Shown piece after piece: positions 47,558 through 57,246 of a stretch of 63,471 nucleotides of DNA. Origin of the DNA: Vicinamibacteria bacterium. GTDB lineage: Bacteria > Acidobacteriota > Vicinamibacteria > Fen-336. Where the stretch lies: the NCBI GenBank assembly GCA_016934575.1, contig JAFGSN010000107.1, positions 1-63,471 on the forward strand, read 5' to 3'. The notes below the pieces were generated by a model, which worked only from the letters and a program-made list of their open reading frames with translations, did not search any database and was not told the DNA's origin. Position 1 is the first letter of the stretch; each line of letters opens with the position of its first letter. The position numbers were made by a program, and so were the translations under genes.

Positions 47558-48427
47558 ATGAATTCGGACGACGTGCTGCGCCTCGCCCCGAACCTGCGAC
47601 GGCTTCCGAACGGCGTCCTCGTCGCTGACAGCTCTCGGCCGATTTCCTATCCGACCGACGGGAATCGTCTTTATTTCGAGATCGAAGACGGATCTTTCTG
47701 GTTTCGGCACCGTAACGACTTGCTAATCGACACATTGAATCGATTCCCGCCCGCGGGCGTACTGGTGGACGTCGGCGGCGGTAACGGGTTCGTCACGAAA
47801 GCGTTACAGAACGCGGGCTGGGACGTGATTCTGCTCGAGCCTGGGCTTGAGGGGGCGCTGAACGCTCAGAGAAGAGGCGTGCGAAACATCGTCAACGCCG
47901 CCTGGGAGGAAGCGGCATTCTCGTCGCGGGTTCTTGGTGCGATCGGTCTCTTCGACGTTCTTGAGCACGTGGCCGACGATCTGGCATTCTTGAGATCTCT
48001 CGCTCGCCGGCTCATGCCGGGAGGCCGCCTCTTCGTCACGGTTCCCGCGCATCGCTGGCTATGGTCTTTCGAGGACGATCGCGCGGGTCACGTTCGGCGC
48101 TACACGCGAAAGACAATCCGCCGACTCATGTTGCAGGCGGGACTTGACGTGGAAAGGGTTTCTCACTTTTTCACATTCCTGACGTTGCCGGTGCTCTTGA
48201 TGCGGCGCCTGGCGTTCCCGGGTCGCAGAGCGCGGAAAATGTCTCTTCAAGCTCGACAGGACCACGCTCCGGCACAAAACGCCGCGCTGAGATCCGTCCT
48301 TGCAGGGTTGTGCGCCGGGGAGCGGATGTTGCTCAGACACGGATGGTCTCCGCCCTTGGGCACGAGCCTGCTGCTCGTCGCGCGGGCGCCTTCAATCGAA
48401 AACGGAGGACGCCCTCCGCGGGAATGA
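47558..48427 (+). CDS. Class I SAM-dependent methyltransferase
   Basis: SFWFRHRN, VDVGGGNG, FDVLEH, TVPAHRWLWS..D..AGHVRRY; start placed at ATG 47558. Confidence 0.88.
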   Translation: MNSDDVLRLAPNLRRLPNGVLVADSSRPISYPTDGNRLYFEIEDGSFWFRHRNDLLIDTLNRFPPAGVLVDVGGGNGFVTKALQNAGWDVILLEPGLEGALNAQRRGVRNIVNAAWEEAAFSSRVLGAIGLFDVLEHVADDLAFLRSLARRLMPGGRLFVTVPAHRWLWSFEDDRAGHVRRYTRKTIRRLMLQAGLDVERVSHFFTFLTLPVLLMRRLAFPGRRARKMSLQARQDHAPAQNAALRSVLAGLCAGERMLLRHGWSPPLGTSLLLVARAPSIENGGRPPRE

Positions 48428-48707
48428 AGTTCGTCGTACTACGACGAGCGGAATGAAGTCGTTGGCGGCCGTGATGAGATTCGAAACGAACACGGGCGGC
48501 GAATCGCGCCAACCCATGGATTCGTTGCGCCGGATCGTATCCTGCGCGCAGACTTCGTCTTCAGAAAGCATCGTGTCTTCGATCAAGCATACGCGTTCAT
48601 TTTCTGACGGTCAAGGAAACGTGGCATGTGTCGGGCGATGGGCCTGAATATTTTCAGGTATCATGAATCTCACGGGCGCCGGCTTTGAACAGGAGGAGAC
48701 AACACCG

Positions 48708-49958
48708 ATGGCCAATGTGAGGTTTGAATCCGTGTTGCGACGAAAAATTGCGGCGCACCGCGGGCTCATCGCCCGTAAAAACACGAAAATCGCTTTGAGC
48801 AACGGCGTCTTCGAACGCTATCGATACCCGGTGTTGACGGCGGAGCACACGCCGCTCGAGTGGCGTTACGACCTCGATCCCGCCGCCAATCCTTTCTGCA
48901 TGGAGCGCCTGGGCGTCAACTCCGCCTTCAATGTCGGCGCGATCGAGTGGAATGGACGTTTCGTTCTCGTCGCGCGCGTCGAAGGCTTGGACCGCAAGTC
49001 GTTCTTCGCCGTGGCCGAGAGCAAGACCGGCGTCGACGGGTTTCGCTTCTGGCCGCGACCCGTGCTCTTGCCACAGACGGAAAATCCGGACGTGAACGTC
49101 TACGACATGCGCCTGACACGGCATGCGGACGGCTGGATCTACGGTCTGTTCTGCGTCGAACGGAAGGATGAAAGCGCCCCTCCCGGAGACGCCTCAATAG
49201 CCGTCGCCGCTTGCGGGATCGCGCGTACCCGGGACCTCGTCGCATGGGAGCGGTTGCCCGACCTTTCTTCGGATTCGCCGCAGCAACGCAACGTCGTGCT
49301 CCATCCCGAATTCGTTCACGGCAAGTACGCTTTATACACACGTCCGCAGGACGGCTTCATCGAGGCCGGCAAGGGCGGCGGCATCGGCTGGGCGCTCTGC
49401 GACGACATCACGCGCGCCGTCATTCACGAAGAGACGATCGTCGATCCCAAGGTCTATCACACGATCATGGAATCGAAGAACGGCCTGGGTCCGCCCCCGA
49501 TCAAGACCGGCGCGGGCTGGCTTCATCTCGCCCACGGCGTGCGCGGAACGGCGGCCGGATTGCGGTACGTCCTGTACGCCTTTCTCTGTGATCTCGATGC
49601 GCCGTGGCGAGTGATACGCCGTCCCGGGGGATATTTGATGGCGCCCGAGGGCGAGGAACGCGTCGGCGACGTCTCGAACGTTCTTTTCTGCAATGGTTGG
49701 ATCCTGCGAAATAACGGCGACTTGTTCATCTATTACTGCAGCTCGGACACGCGCGCTCATGTCGCGACGACCACAGTCGATCGATTGCTTGACTACGTGC
49801 GCAACACGCCCGAGGACCCGCTTCGATCGCAGGCCTGCGTGGAGCAGCGACTCCAGTTGATCGAGAAGAATCTCGCGTTTCGCGGGAAGGTCAAGCGCCA
49901 AGCCTACTGCGGAATGCGCAGGCGACCCGGCTTCGCCAAAGATCGATGCGCGAGCTGA
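48708..49958 (+). CDS. GH130 (subfamily 1) 4-O-beta-D-mannosyl-D-glucose phosphorylase
   Basis: [20 protein letters not shown]...[65 protein letters not shown]; ATG after AGGAGG. Confidence 0.93.
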   Translation: MANVRFESVLRRKIAAHRGLIARKNTKIALSNGVFERYRYPVLTAEHTPLEWRYDLDPAANPFCMERLGVNSAFNVGAIEWNGRFVLVARVEGLDRKSFFAVAESKTGVDGFRFWPRPVLLPQTENPDVNVYDMRLTRHADGWIYGLFCVERKDESAPPGDASIAVAACGIARTRDLVAWERLPDLSSDSPQQRNVVLHPEFVHGKYALYTRPQDGFIEAGKGGGIGWALCDDITRAVIHEETIVDPKVYHTIMESKNGLGPPPIKTGAGWLHLAHGVRGTAAGLRYVLYAFLCDLDAPWRVIRRPGGYLMAPEGEERVGDVSNVLFCNGWILRNNGDLFIYYCSSDTRAHVATTTVDRLLDYVRNTPEDPLRSQACVEQRLQLIEKNLAFRGKVKRQAYCGMRRRPGFAKDRCAS

Positions 49959-50956
49959 AGCGGCAATGCACGATCCATGACATCGCGCGCCGGGCGGGAG
50001 TCTCGCCCAGCACCGTCTCGCGCGTTCTCAACCAGACCTCCCCTGTCCGGCCCGAAAAGCGTCGCTCCGTGATCGAGGCCGTTGAGGCGCTCAAATATCG
50101 GCCAAGCATCGTGGCGCAGGGACTGGCGCGCGGGCGCTCGCCCGCCGTGGGCGTGCTCGTCCAGGACATCAGCAGTCCGTTTTACAGCCGGATTCTTTTG
50201 GGCATCGAGGGACGCCTGGTCGGAACGGGCCTGTATCCGATCTTCGCCAGCGGCGTCGAGAAGCGGCAAACCGCACAGGCATTGCAGCTTCTCAACGACA
50301 ATCGTGTCGGATCAATGATCGTCGTCGGCGGCCGGATGTTTGACGCGGACATCATCCGGATGTCAGCGCGCATGCCGGTGGTCGTCGTCGGTCGCGCCAT
50401 CGCGGGAATGGAGGAGCGCTGCTTGCGTGTCGAGAACATCGAGGGAGGTTGTCGCGCGACGCGTCATCTGCTCGATCTGGGACACAGACGCATCGCGCAT
50501 CTGACGGGCGTTCACAATCATCCCGACGCCATCGATCGACGTGAGGGCTATGCGCGCGCGCTTTCCGAGCGGGGCATCGACGTGGATCCGGCGCTCATCG
50601 TTACCGGAGATTTCGAGGAGATTTCCGGCCTGCGCGGCGTCGAAGCGCTCGTGAGCGACGGCGTCGGCTTCAGCGCGATATTCGCCGGCAACGATCAGAT
50701 GGCATATGGAGCCCAGCTTGCCTTGCACCGGCACGGCTTGCGCGTGCCGCAGGACGTCTCGCTCGTCGGATTCGACGATCTGCCCCACTCCACCTTCACC
50801 GTTCCGGCCTTGACGACCATCCGCCAGCCGACAATCGCGATTGGCGCCGCCGCGGTCGACGCCTTGATCGGCTTGTTGCAGGGACAACCGCTTTGCCTGC
50901 CGGTTTTTCCCACCGAACTTGTCGTTCGCGATTCAACCGCGCCCTTTTTCGGCTGA
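49946..50956 (+). CDS. LacI family transcriptional regulator
   Basis: [51 protein letters not shown]. Confidence 0.95.
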   Translation: MRELKRQCTIHDIARRAGVSPSTVSRVLNQTSPVRPEKRRSVIEAVEALKYRPSIVAQGLARGRSPAVGVLVQDISSPFYSRILLGIEGRLVGTGLYPIFASGVEKRQTAQALQLLNDNRVGSMIVVGGRMFDADIIRMSARMPVVVVGRAIAGMEERCLRVENIEGGCRATRHLLDLGHRRIAHLTGVHNHPDAIDRREGYARALSERGIDVDPALIVTGDFEEISGLRGVEALVSDGVGFSAIFAGNDQMAYGAQLALHRHGLRVPQDVSLVGFDDLPHSTFTVPALTTIRQPTIAIGAAAVDALIGLLQGQPLCLPVFPTELVVRDSTAPFFG

Positions 50957-51003
50957 CGGAGGCTCGAGCGGCATTCGATCGGCGTCGCGCGTTCGGCGAA
51001 TCC

Positions 51004-51056
51004 TTGACAGGGGCGAAGGCCTGACCGTAGTCTTGCCTCGCGCCGAAGCGCTCCCG
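51004..51056 (+). promoter_or_regulatory. Putative promoter and weak LacI-type operator upstream of the SSS transporter
   Basis: TTGACA (51004-51009), 18 nt, TAGTCT; then CGAAGCGCTCCC containing a central AGCGCT palindrome. Confidence 0.35.
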
Positions 51057-51099
51057 GTCGTGCGGGACGTTCGGCGCGCCGCACAGGAGAGGTCGAGCC

Positions 51100-52926
51100 A
51101 TGAAACTGCATCCGATCGACGTCGGCGTGATCGTCGTCTACTTCATGGCGATGCTGGCCATCGGCGTCGCCGTCATGAAGCGGGCCTCGAAAAGCATGGA
51201 CAGTTATTTTCTGGCGGGGAACAAGCTTCCCTGGTGGATCCTGGGCGTCTCCAACGCCTCGGCCATGTGGGACATCACGGGCACGATGTGGCTTGTATAC
51301 AACCTTTTTGTTTACGGTCTCAAGGGAACGTGGCTTCCCTGGCTCTGGCCGACGTTCAATCAGGTCATCCTGATGATCTACTTGGCGTCCTGGGTGCGAC
51401 GCTCGGGCGTGCTCACGGGCGCCGAATGGATCACGACGCGCTTCGGGGCGGGGCGGGGCGGAGAGCTGTCACGGGTCATCATCGTGATCTTCGCGCTCGT
51501 CAGCGTGGTGGGATTCGTCGCCTACGATTTCGCGGGCATGGGCAAGTTTTCCAAGACCTTTCTGCCCTGGGACCTTTCGCCGAACACCTATGCCGTGATC
51601 GTCATGAGCATCACGGCGATCTACGTTCTCCTGGGAGGCATGATCAGCGTGGTCATCACCGATCTGGCGCAGTTCATCATCATGGCGCTGTGCGCGGTGA
51701 TCGTGGCCGGGATCGCAATGGTCAGGGTCTCGGGGGCCGAGGCTGCCGCGCTTCTGCCCGCCGGGTGGGAAAACATCTCCTTCGGTTGGAAGATGGACCT
51801 GGACTGGTCGCATCTCATCCCCGCTCTCACGCAGAACATGGTCGACGACGGTTATGGCTGGTTCGGGCTCTTCTTCGTCGCGATGCTCCTGAAAGGCGTC
51901 TTCATCAGCATCGCCGGACCGGCGCCGAACTACGACATGCAGCGCGTGTTGGCCGCCAGGACTCCGCGCGAGGCCAGCTTCATGAGCGCCGTCGTCTCGG
52001 CGGCGCTTTTTCCGCGCTGGATTCTCGTTGCCGGCATCACTCTTCTCGGCGTCAAGTTCCTGAGCCCGCACTTCGCCGCCCAGGCCGGCAAGGTCGACTT
52101 CGAGATGGTCCTTCCGTACGTCATCAGTCATTTCATTCCAGTTGGAGTGATTGGATTGCTGCTGGCCGGACTGCTGGCCGCCTTCATGTCGACGTTCTCG
52201 GCCACGCTTAATGCCGGCGGCGCCTACCTGGTGAACGATCTCTACAAGCGTTACGTCAAGAAGGACGCTTCGGCGAAGCACTACGTCGTCGCGAGTTACG
52301 TGGCGCAAGCGGCCATCCTGGTCCTGGGCTTCGGGTTTGGACTCATGGCGTCCTCCGTCAATCAGGCGACGCAGTGGATCGTTAATTACTTGTGGGGCGG
52401 GTACACGGCGGCCAACGTGCTCAAGTGGCACTGGCACCGCTTCAACGGCTTCGGATATTTCTGGGGCATGATGGTCGGCCTGGGCGCGGTGGCGGTCGTG
52501 CCGCTTCTCGTGCCGCAGTCCGGGCTTGGTTCGCTGGGTGGATTTGCGATCATCTTCGTTGCTTCGCTCTTCGGGTGCGTCCTTGGCAGTCTGTTGACTG
52601 CGCCCGAGGATGACGAGATTCTCAAGAAGTTCTACAAGCAAGTTCGTCCCTGGGGTTTCTGGGGTCCCATCCACGAGCTCGTCGTCAAAGAGGATCCAAA
52701 GTTCGAACGCAACAAGAGTTTTCCGCGTGACATGCTGAACTGCGGCGTCGCCATACTCTGGCAGATCCCTCTGTGCGTCATCCCCATCTACGCGGTGTTC
52801 CGCGACTGGGAGGCGCTGTGGATTTCGATCGGCGTGTTCCTCGTCGCGAGCTTCGTCCTCAAGCGCAACTGGCTCGACAAGCTTGGCCGTGAAGACGCTC
52901 TGGCTGTCGCGCGCCCAGGCGCCTGA
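51100..52926 (+). CDS. Sodium:solute symporter family (SSS) protein
   Basis: SYFLAGNKLPWW, TGAEWITTRFG, DMQRVLAA, GLLAAFMST, YLVNDLYKRY; many TM helices. Confidence 0.92.
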   Translation: MKLHPIDVGVIVVYFMAMLAIGVAVMKRASKSMDSYFLAGNKLPWWILGVSNASAMWDITGTMWLVYNLFVYGLKGTWLPWLWPTFNQVILMIYLASWVRRSGVLTGAEWITTRFGAGRGGELSRVIIVIFALVSVVGFVAYDFAGMGKFSKTFLPWDLSPNTYAVIVMSITAIYVLLGGMISVVITDLAQFIIMALCAVIVAGIAMVRVSGAEAAALLPAGWENISFGWKMDLDWSHLIPALTQNMVDDGYGWFGLFFVAMLLKGVFISIAGPAPNYDMQRVLAARTPREASFMSAVVSAALFPRWILVAGITLLGVKFLSPHFAAQAGKVDFEMVLPYVISHFIPVGVIGLLLAGLLAAFMSTFSATLNAGGAYLVNDLYKRYVKKDASAKHYVVASYVAQAAILVLGFGFGLMASSVNQATQWIVNYLWGGYTAANVLKWHWHRFNGFGYFWGMMVGLGAVAVVPLLVPQSGLGSLGGFAIIFVASLFGCVLGSLLTAPEDDEILKKFYKQVRPWGFWGPIHELVVKEDPKFERNKSFPRDMLNCGVAILWQIPLCVIPIYAVFRDWEALWISIGVFLVASFVLKRNWLDKLGREDALAVARPGA

Positions 52927-53124
52927 GCGACGCGGCCGGGCGTGACGCGCCAGCGTCCAGGTTTGACGGTCCTCCGTGGTCGGTGATAGTGTTCATTCGC
53001 TCAAATCAAGGCCATTGAATGTCAAGCAGTTACGATCGAGCGGGCCGGACGCTGAATTCGCCTTCGAAAGAACGACGCCGTCGATTGTGGGCGTCGTCGT
53101 ATGCGTGAGAAAGATGAGCGACTT

Positions 53125-54498
53125 ATGAGTGAAAGTCCGTCGGGCAAGATCAAGATCGCGGAGAAGATCGGATACGCCGTGGGAGACACGGCATCGTGCC
53201 TCTATTTCCAGACGATGCAGATGTTCCTCATGTATTTCTACACGGACACGTTCGGCATCTCGGCCGCCGCGGTCGGCACGATGCTGTTGGTCACTCGGAT
53301 TTGGGACACCGCCAACGATCCTCTCATGGGCATGATCGCCGACCGCACGAGCACGCGTTTCGGCAAGTTCCGTCCCTGGATTCTCTGGATGATCGCCCCC
53401 TACGCCATCGTCGGCGTGCTGACGTTCGTGACGCCGAATCTCAGCCTGGCCGGAAAACTGATCTACGCCTATATCACCTACGCCTTGCTGACCATGGCGT
53501 ACACCGCGATCAACATTCCGTACGGCGCGTTGCTCGGCGTCATGACGGCCAACGGCGATGAGCGCACGCAGCTTTCCAGCTTTCGTTTTCTCGGCGCTTT
53601 CAGCGGTAACCTGATCGTCCAGGGCACGCTGATTCTCCTCGTCGAAAAGCTCGGCCGCGGCAATGACCAGTTGGGTTACCCGTTGGCCATCGGCGTCTTT
53701 GCTCTCGTCGCGTCCGGTCTCTGGTTCTTCACGTTCTCATCGACGAAAGAGCGTATTCAACCGCCCAGGAATCAGAAAACGAGCGTATCGCGGGATCTGA
53801 ACGATCTTCTGCATAACCGTCCCTGGTTGGTTCTGTGTCTGATGGGCGTTCTCACGCTTGTCTGGGTCTCGCTGCGAAACGGCGCCATGATGTATTACTT
53901 CGACTACTACGTCGGCGACCGGAGCAAGGCCGCGATTTTCATGGTCGCCGGAACGATCTGCAGCCTCATCGGCGTCTCGTTGACGACGTTCGTGACGAGG
54001 GCGCTTGGAGGAAAGAAGAAAGCGTTCATCATTCTCTCGGCCGCCAATGCGGCCCTGACCGCCGTCTTTTTCATCGCCCGACCGACGGATTTCGTGTTGA
54101 TGTACGCCTCGCATCTTGTCGGATCATTGAGCAGCGGTCCGCTGATGCCCTTGACCTGGTCGATGTACGCGGACACGGCCGACTACGGCGAATGGAAGTT
54201 CGGCCGGCGCGCGACGGGGCTGGTCTTCTCCGCGGCCACTTTCAGTCAGAAGATGGGATGGACGATCGGCGGCGCGGCGGCCGGTTGGGTGCTGGCCTTT
54301 TTCCAGTATCAACCCAACATGCCGCAGACCGAGTTCACGCTGGTCGGCATTCGCCTCATGATGAGCATCCTGCCGGCCATTGGGAGCTCGCTGGTATGCG
54401 TCGCGGCCTTGTTCTACAACTTGACCGAGAAAAATCTCGAACAAATCGAGACGGATCTGGCGTCACGACGTCGCGCTGCGGCGGCGTCCAGTCAATAA
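53125..54498 (+). CDS. MFS glycoside-pentoside-hexuronide (GPH):cation symporter
   Basis: EKIGYAVGD, WDTANDPLMG.IADRT.TRFGKFRPW, NIPYGAL, MYADTADYGEWK.G.RATG. Start ATG 53125 (or 53101). Confidence 0.93.
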   Translation: MSESPSGKIKIAEKIGYAVGDTASCLYFQTMQMFLMYFYTDTFGISAAAVGTMLLVTRIWDTANDPLMGMIADRTSTRFGKFRPWILWMIAPYAIVGVLTFVTPNLSLAGKLIYAYITYALLTMAYTAINIPYGALLGVMTANGDERTQLSSFRFLGAFSGNLIVQGTLILLVEKLGRGNDQLGYPLAIGVFALVASGLWFFTFSSTKERIQPPRNQKTSVSRDLNDLLHNRPWLVLCLMGVLTLVWVSLRNGAMMYYFDYYVGDRSKAAIFMVAGTICSLIGVSLTTFVTRALGGKKKAFIILSAANAALTAVFFIARPTDFVLMYASHLVGSLSSGPLMPLTWSMYADTADYGEWKFGRRATGLVFSAATFSQKMGWTIGGAAAGWVLAFFQYQPNMPQTEFTLVGIRLMMSILPAIGSSLVCVAALFYNLTEKNLEQIETDLASRRRAAAASSQ

Positions 54499-54592
54499 CG
54501 CAAGGACGCCAAGGACGCCGCGGGACAAGATCCGACCGGGAGCGTTCATTCTTGTATGGAATCTGTGCTTGTTCCGTTTGCAGTGCCGGTCG

Positions 54593-57004
54593 TCATCCCA
54601 GCTCGACGTCGACTTCGTGCTCGGCGTCCTTTTCGAACGCCGGAACGACGTTTCCTTCGAGCCAGTTCCCGTCGATTCGAAGCGCGCGGACGCCACGGCA
54701 TACGTGGGACGGATTTCGGATCGTGATGCGGTACGTGGCGCCGCGAAAAACGCGTTTGACCTTGAAGCCGTCCCAGGCCGAGGGAATGCATGGATCCACG
54801 CGCAGGCCGCCATGCTCGGGTCGCACGCCAAGGATGTGTTGGGTTCCCGCGACGTACATCCAGGCGGCCGTGCCGGTGAGCCAGCTATTGCGCGCCAGCC
54901 CGAACTGCGGGTGCTCGTCGCCGGCGACGTTCTGGCAATAAACGAAGGGTTCGCACTGGTATTCGTCGATACGTTCGTTTTTGGCCGCTGGATTGATCTG
55001 GCGGTAATACTCATATGCCCGCTCGCCGTTTCCCAGGATCGTCTCGGCGATGATCGCCCAGGGGTTGGCGTGCAGGAAAATACCGCAGTTCTCCTTGGCG
55101 CCCGGCGGAAAAGTGGTGATGCCGCCCTTGCGCGGATCGTAGCCGTTGAATCCTGGCGTGCTGAGCTTGATGCCCTTGGGCGTGTTCAATCTTCCGTAGA
55201 CGGCCGCCATTGAAACGCGCGCGCGCTCGGGCGTGGCAAAGCCCGAAATCACCGGCCAAGACTGTCCGTTGACGTAGATCTGGCTTTGGTTGTTGCTATG
55301 CGAGCCGAGAGGCGTCCCTTCGGCGTCGAAGTAGCGGACGTACCATTCGCCGTCCCAGGCGTGCTTGTTGACGGACGCGCGCATGCTTTCGTAGCTTGCC
55401 TGCAAAAGCTCCGCGGTCGCGTCATCGCCGCGATATCGGCATAGGGAGATCAGCTCGCAGAGCGCCTTGCCGTAGAGGTTGGCGGTGAAGAGCGATTCGG
55501 CGCCGGCCGGCAGATTCGTCGGGTCGTTCCAGTCGGCAAAGCCGAGAAGCGGCAGCCCGTGCGCGCCGACGTCGCCCCTCGTGAAGTGGATGGCGCGGGA
55601 GAGATGATCGATCACGGTTCCGGACTCGAGCGGGCGGCCATCCCGGTCTTTCTCGTAGTATGGGATCGTCTCCTCGAGGAATGCGAAATCGCCGGTCTCC
55701 TTGAGATACGCGCAGACCGCCAGCACGCTCCAGAGATGGTCGTCGCTGTAGTACTGCGGTCGATTGGGGATGTCGGCCGCGTCGCCCACCGACGCCTCGA
55801 GGCTCAACGGATTGAACTGGTGCATGGCCGAGCCGTTGCGCTTCTGGACGGCGAGCAGTTTCTTGAGGAGCTCCTTGGCTCGCTCGGGCGCGCTCGGGAG
55901 CACGCCCAGAACATCCTGCGAGCTGTCGCGAAAGCCGATGCCGCGCGAGCCGTAACCGGGCTGATAGATCGAGAGGTAACGCGACCAGTTGAGCGTGATG
56001 AAGCACTGGCGCGGATTGTGAACGTTGAGCATGTGGTCGAGGTCGGGATCCGGGGTGGTTGCGTTCTGTTTCTCGAGATAATCGTCCCAGAAGCGGCCGA
56101 TTTCTTGAAACGCCTGATCGGCGCGCGCGGGATTCCAGTAATCACGGATGCCGGCGATCCCATTCCGAATGCTCTCGCATTGGCCGAGTTGCGTCACGAC
56201 GCGGCGGTTTTCGCCGGGTGACAGAGTCCCGAGGCGGAGCATCAAGGCTCCGACGTTGTCGCCGCGGCGCGCTTCGTTGTCGCCCAGCTCCGGCGCGCCG
56301 AGGGAGAGCGGGGCCGCCCATGTGCCGTATTCGTTGTCTCCCAAGAATCGCGGTCGTTCGGTCTCGAAGGAAGAGGCCGGCCAGCTTGCGGTAAGAAAAT
56401 TGACGCTCGTATCACGGTGCATGAAGGCGTATTGAGCGAGAATCTTGCGCCCGTCCTCATAGTGGTGCGCGCGGCTCTGCATTGTCTGCGGCACCCAGTC
56501 GGCGTTGGTGAACTGAAGAGTCGCGAGGAAATGACTGTACTCGACCACCGGGACAAGATCGATCTCCCGCGGATGATCGGCGAGGTTCGTCAGGCGTATG
56601 TCGTGAATCAGGCGCTCGTCGTCGACCGGGACGAAGACCGTGATCTCGGAGCGGATCCCGTGAAATTCCGTGATCCAGCGCGAAAAGCCGAGGCCAACGT
56701 GGCATTCGAAGCGATCATAGGGATCGAGCGTCGGCACGAAAAAGGGCGAGAAGACGCGATAGCCGTCGTTTTGCTTCATGCGTACGTAGAGCGTCGAACC
56801 CCGAAACTCGGAGGCGGGAAGAATGCCGATGTAGCGTGTGATGCGGTTTGTCGCGGGATCGCCCTTGCAGATCATGGCGCCGCCCGTGTGATCGACGAAG
56901 CCGCCGAAGGCCAACGTGCCCACATAGTTGATCCACTTCACCGGAGTGCGCGGGTTGGTGATCACGTACTCCTTGTGCGCGTCGTCGAAGTGACCGTAGA
57001 TCAT
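54593..57004 (-). CDS. GH94 glycoside phosphorylase (cellodextrin phosphorylase-like; specificity uncertain)
   Basis: [60 protein letters not shown]; start placed at ATG 57004. Confidence 0.92.
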   Translation of the reverse strand: MIYGHFDDAHKEYVITNPRTPVKWINYVGTLAFGGFVDHTGGAMICKGDPATNRITRYIGILPASEFRGSTLYVRMKQNDGYRVFSPFFVPTLDPYDRFECHVGLGFSRWITEFHGIRSEITVFVPVDDERLIHDIRLTNLADHPREIDLVPVVEYSHFLATLQFTNADWVPQTMQSRAHHYEDGRKILAQYAFMHRDTSVNFLTASWPASSFETERPRFLGDNEYGTWAAPLSLGAPELGDNEARRGDNVGALMLRLGTLSPGENRRVVTQLGQCESIRNGIAGIRDYWNPARADQAFQEIGRFWDDYLEKQNATTPDPDLDHMLNVHNPRQCFITLNWSRYLSIYQPGYGSRGIGFRDSSQDVLGVLPSAPERAKELLKKLLAVQKRNGSAMHQFNPLSLEASVGDAADIPNRPQYYSDDHLWSVLAVCAYLKETGDFAFLEETIPYYEKDRDGRPLESGTVIDHLSRAIHFTRGDVGAHGLPLLGFADWNDPTNLPAGAESLFTANLYGKALCELISLCRYRGDDATAELLQASYESMRASVNKHAWDGEWYVRYFDAEGTPLGSHSNNQSQIYVNGQSWPVISGFATPERARVSMAAVYGRLNTPKGIKLSTPGFNGYDPRKGGITTFPPGAKENCGIFLHANPWAIIAETILGNGERAYEYYRQINPAAKNERIDEYQCEPFVYCQNVAGDEHPQFGLARNSWLTGTAAWMYVAGTQHILGVRPEHGGLRVDPCIPSAWDGFKVKRVFRGATYRITIRNPSHVCRGVRALRIDGNWLEGNVVPAFEKDAEHEVDVELG

Positions 57005-57120
57005 CGCTCTCATGCTCCTTGCGGTTCTTTTAAGGCGCTCTCGCCCGGAAATGATGTCATGCATGCGGCGTATGAATTCATCACGCGAGTATTGTAGTCG
57101 GTTCGGTCGGCGGCGGAGAT

Positions 57121-57134
57121 TGAAAGCGTTTTCA
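57121..57134. promoter_or_regulatory. LacI-family operator between the divergent GH94 genes
   Basis: TGAAAGCGTTTTCA, a one-mismatch palindrome matching the LacI/cre consensus TGWAANCGNTTWCA. Confidence 0.65.
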
Positions 57135-57246
57135 GCGCAGTTTCACGGGATTCGTCCGGCGATAAACGGGGACGCGCGCGGCGAAGCGCGTCTTGATCGT
57201 GATAATCTTCACGGACGTTCGTCGCACGAACAGGAGGAGCGCGAAC

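Noticed and set aside
50919-52211. 430-aa plus-strand ORF
   Set aside because: Alternate frame of the SSS transporter; Arg/His-rich with no motifs.
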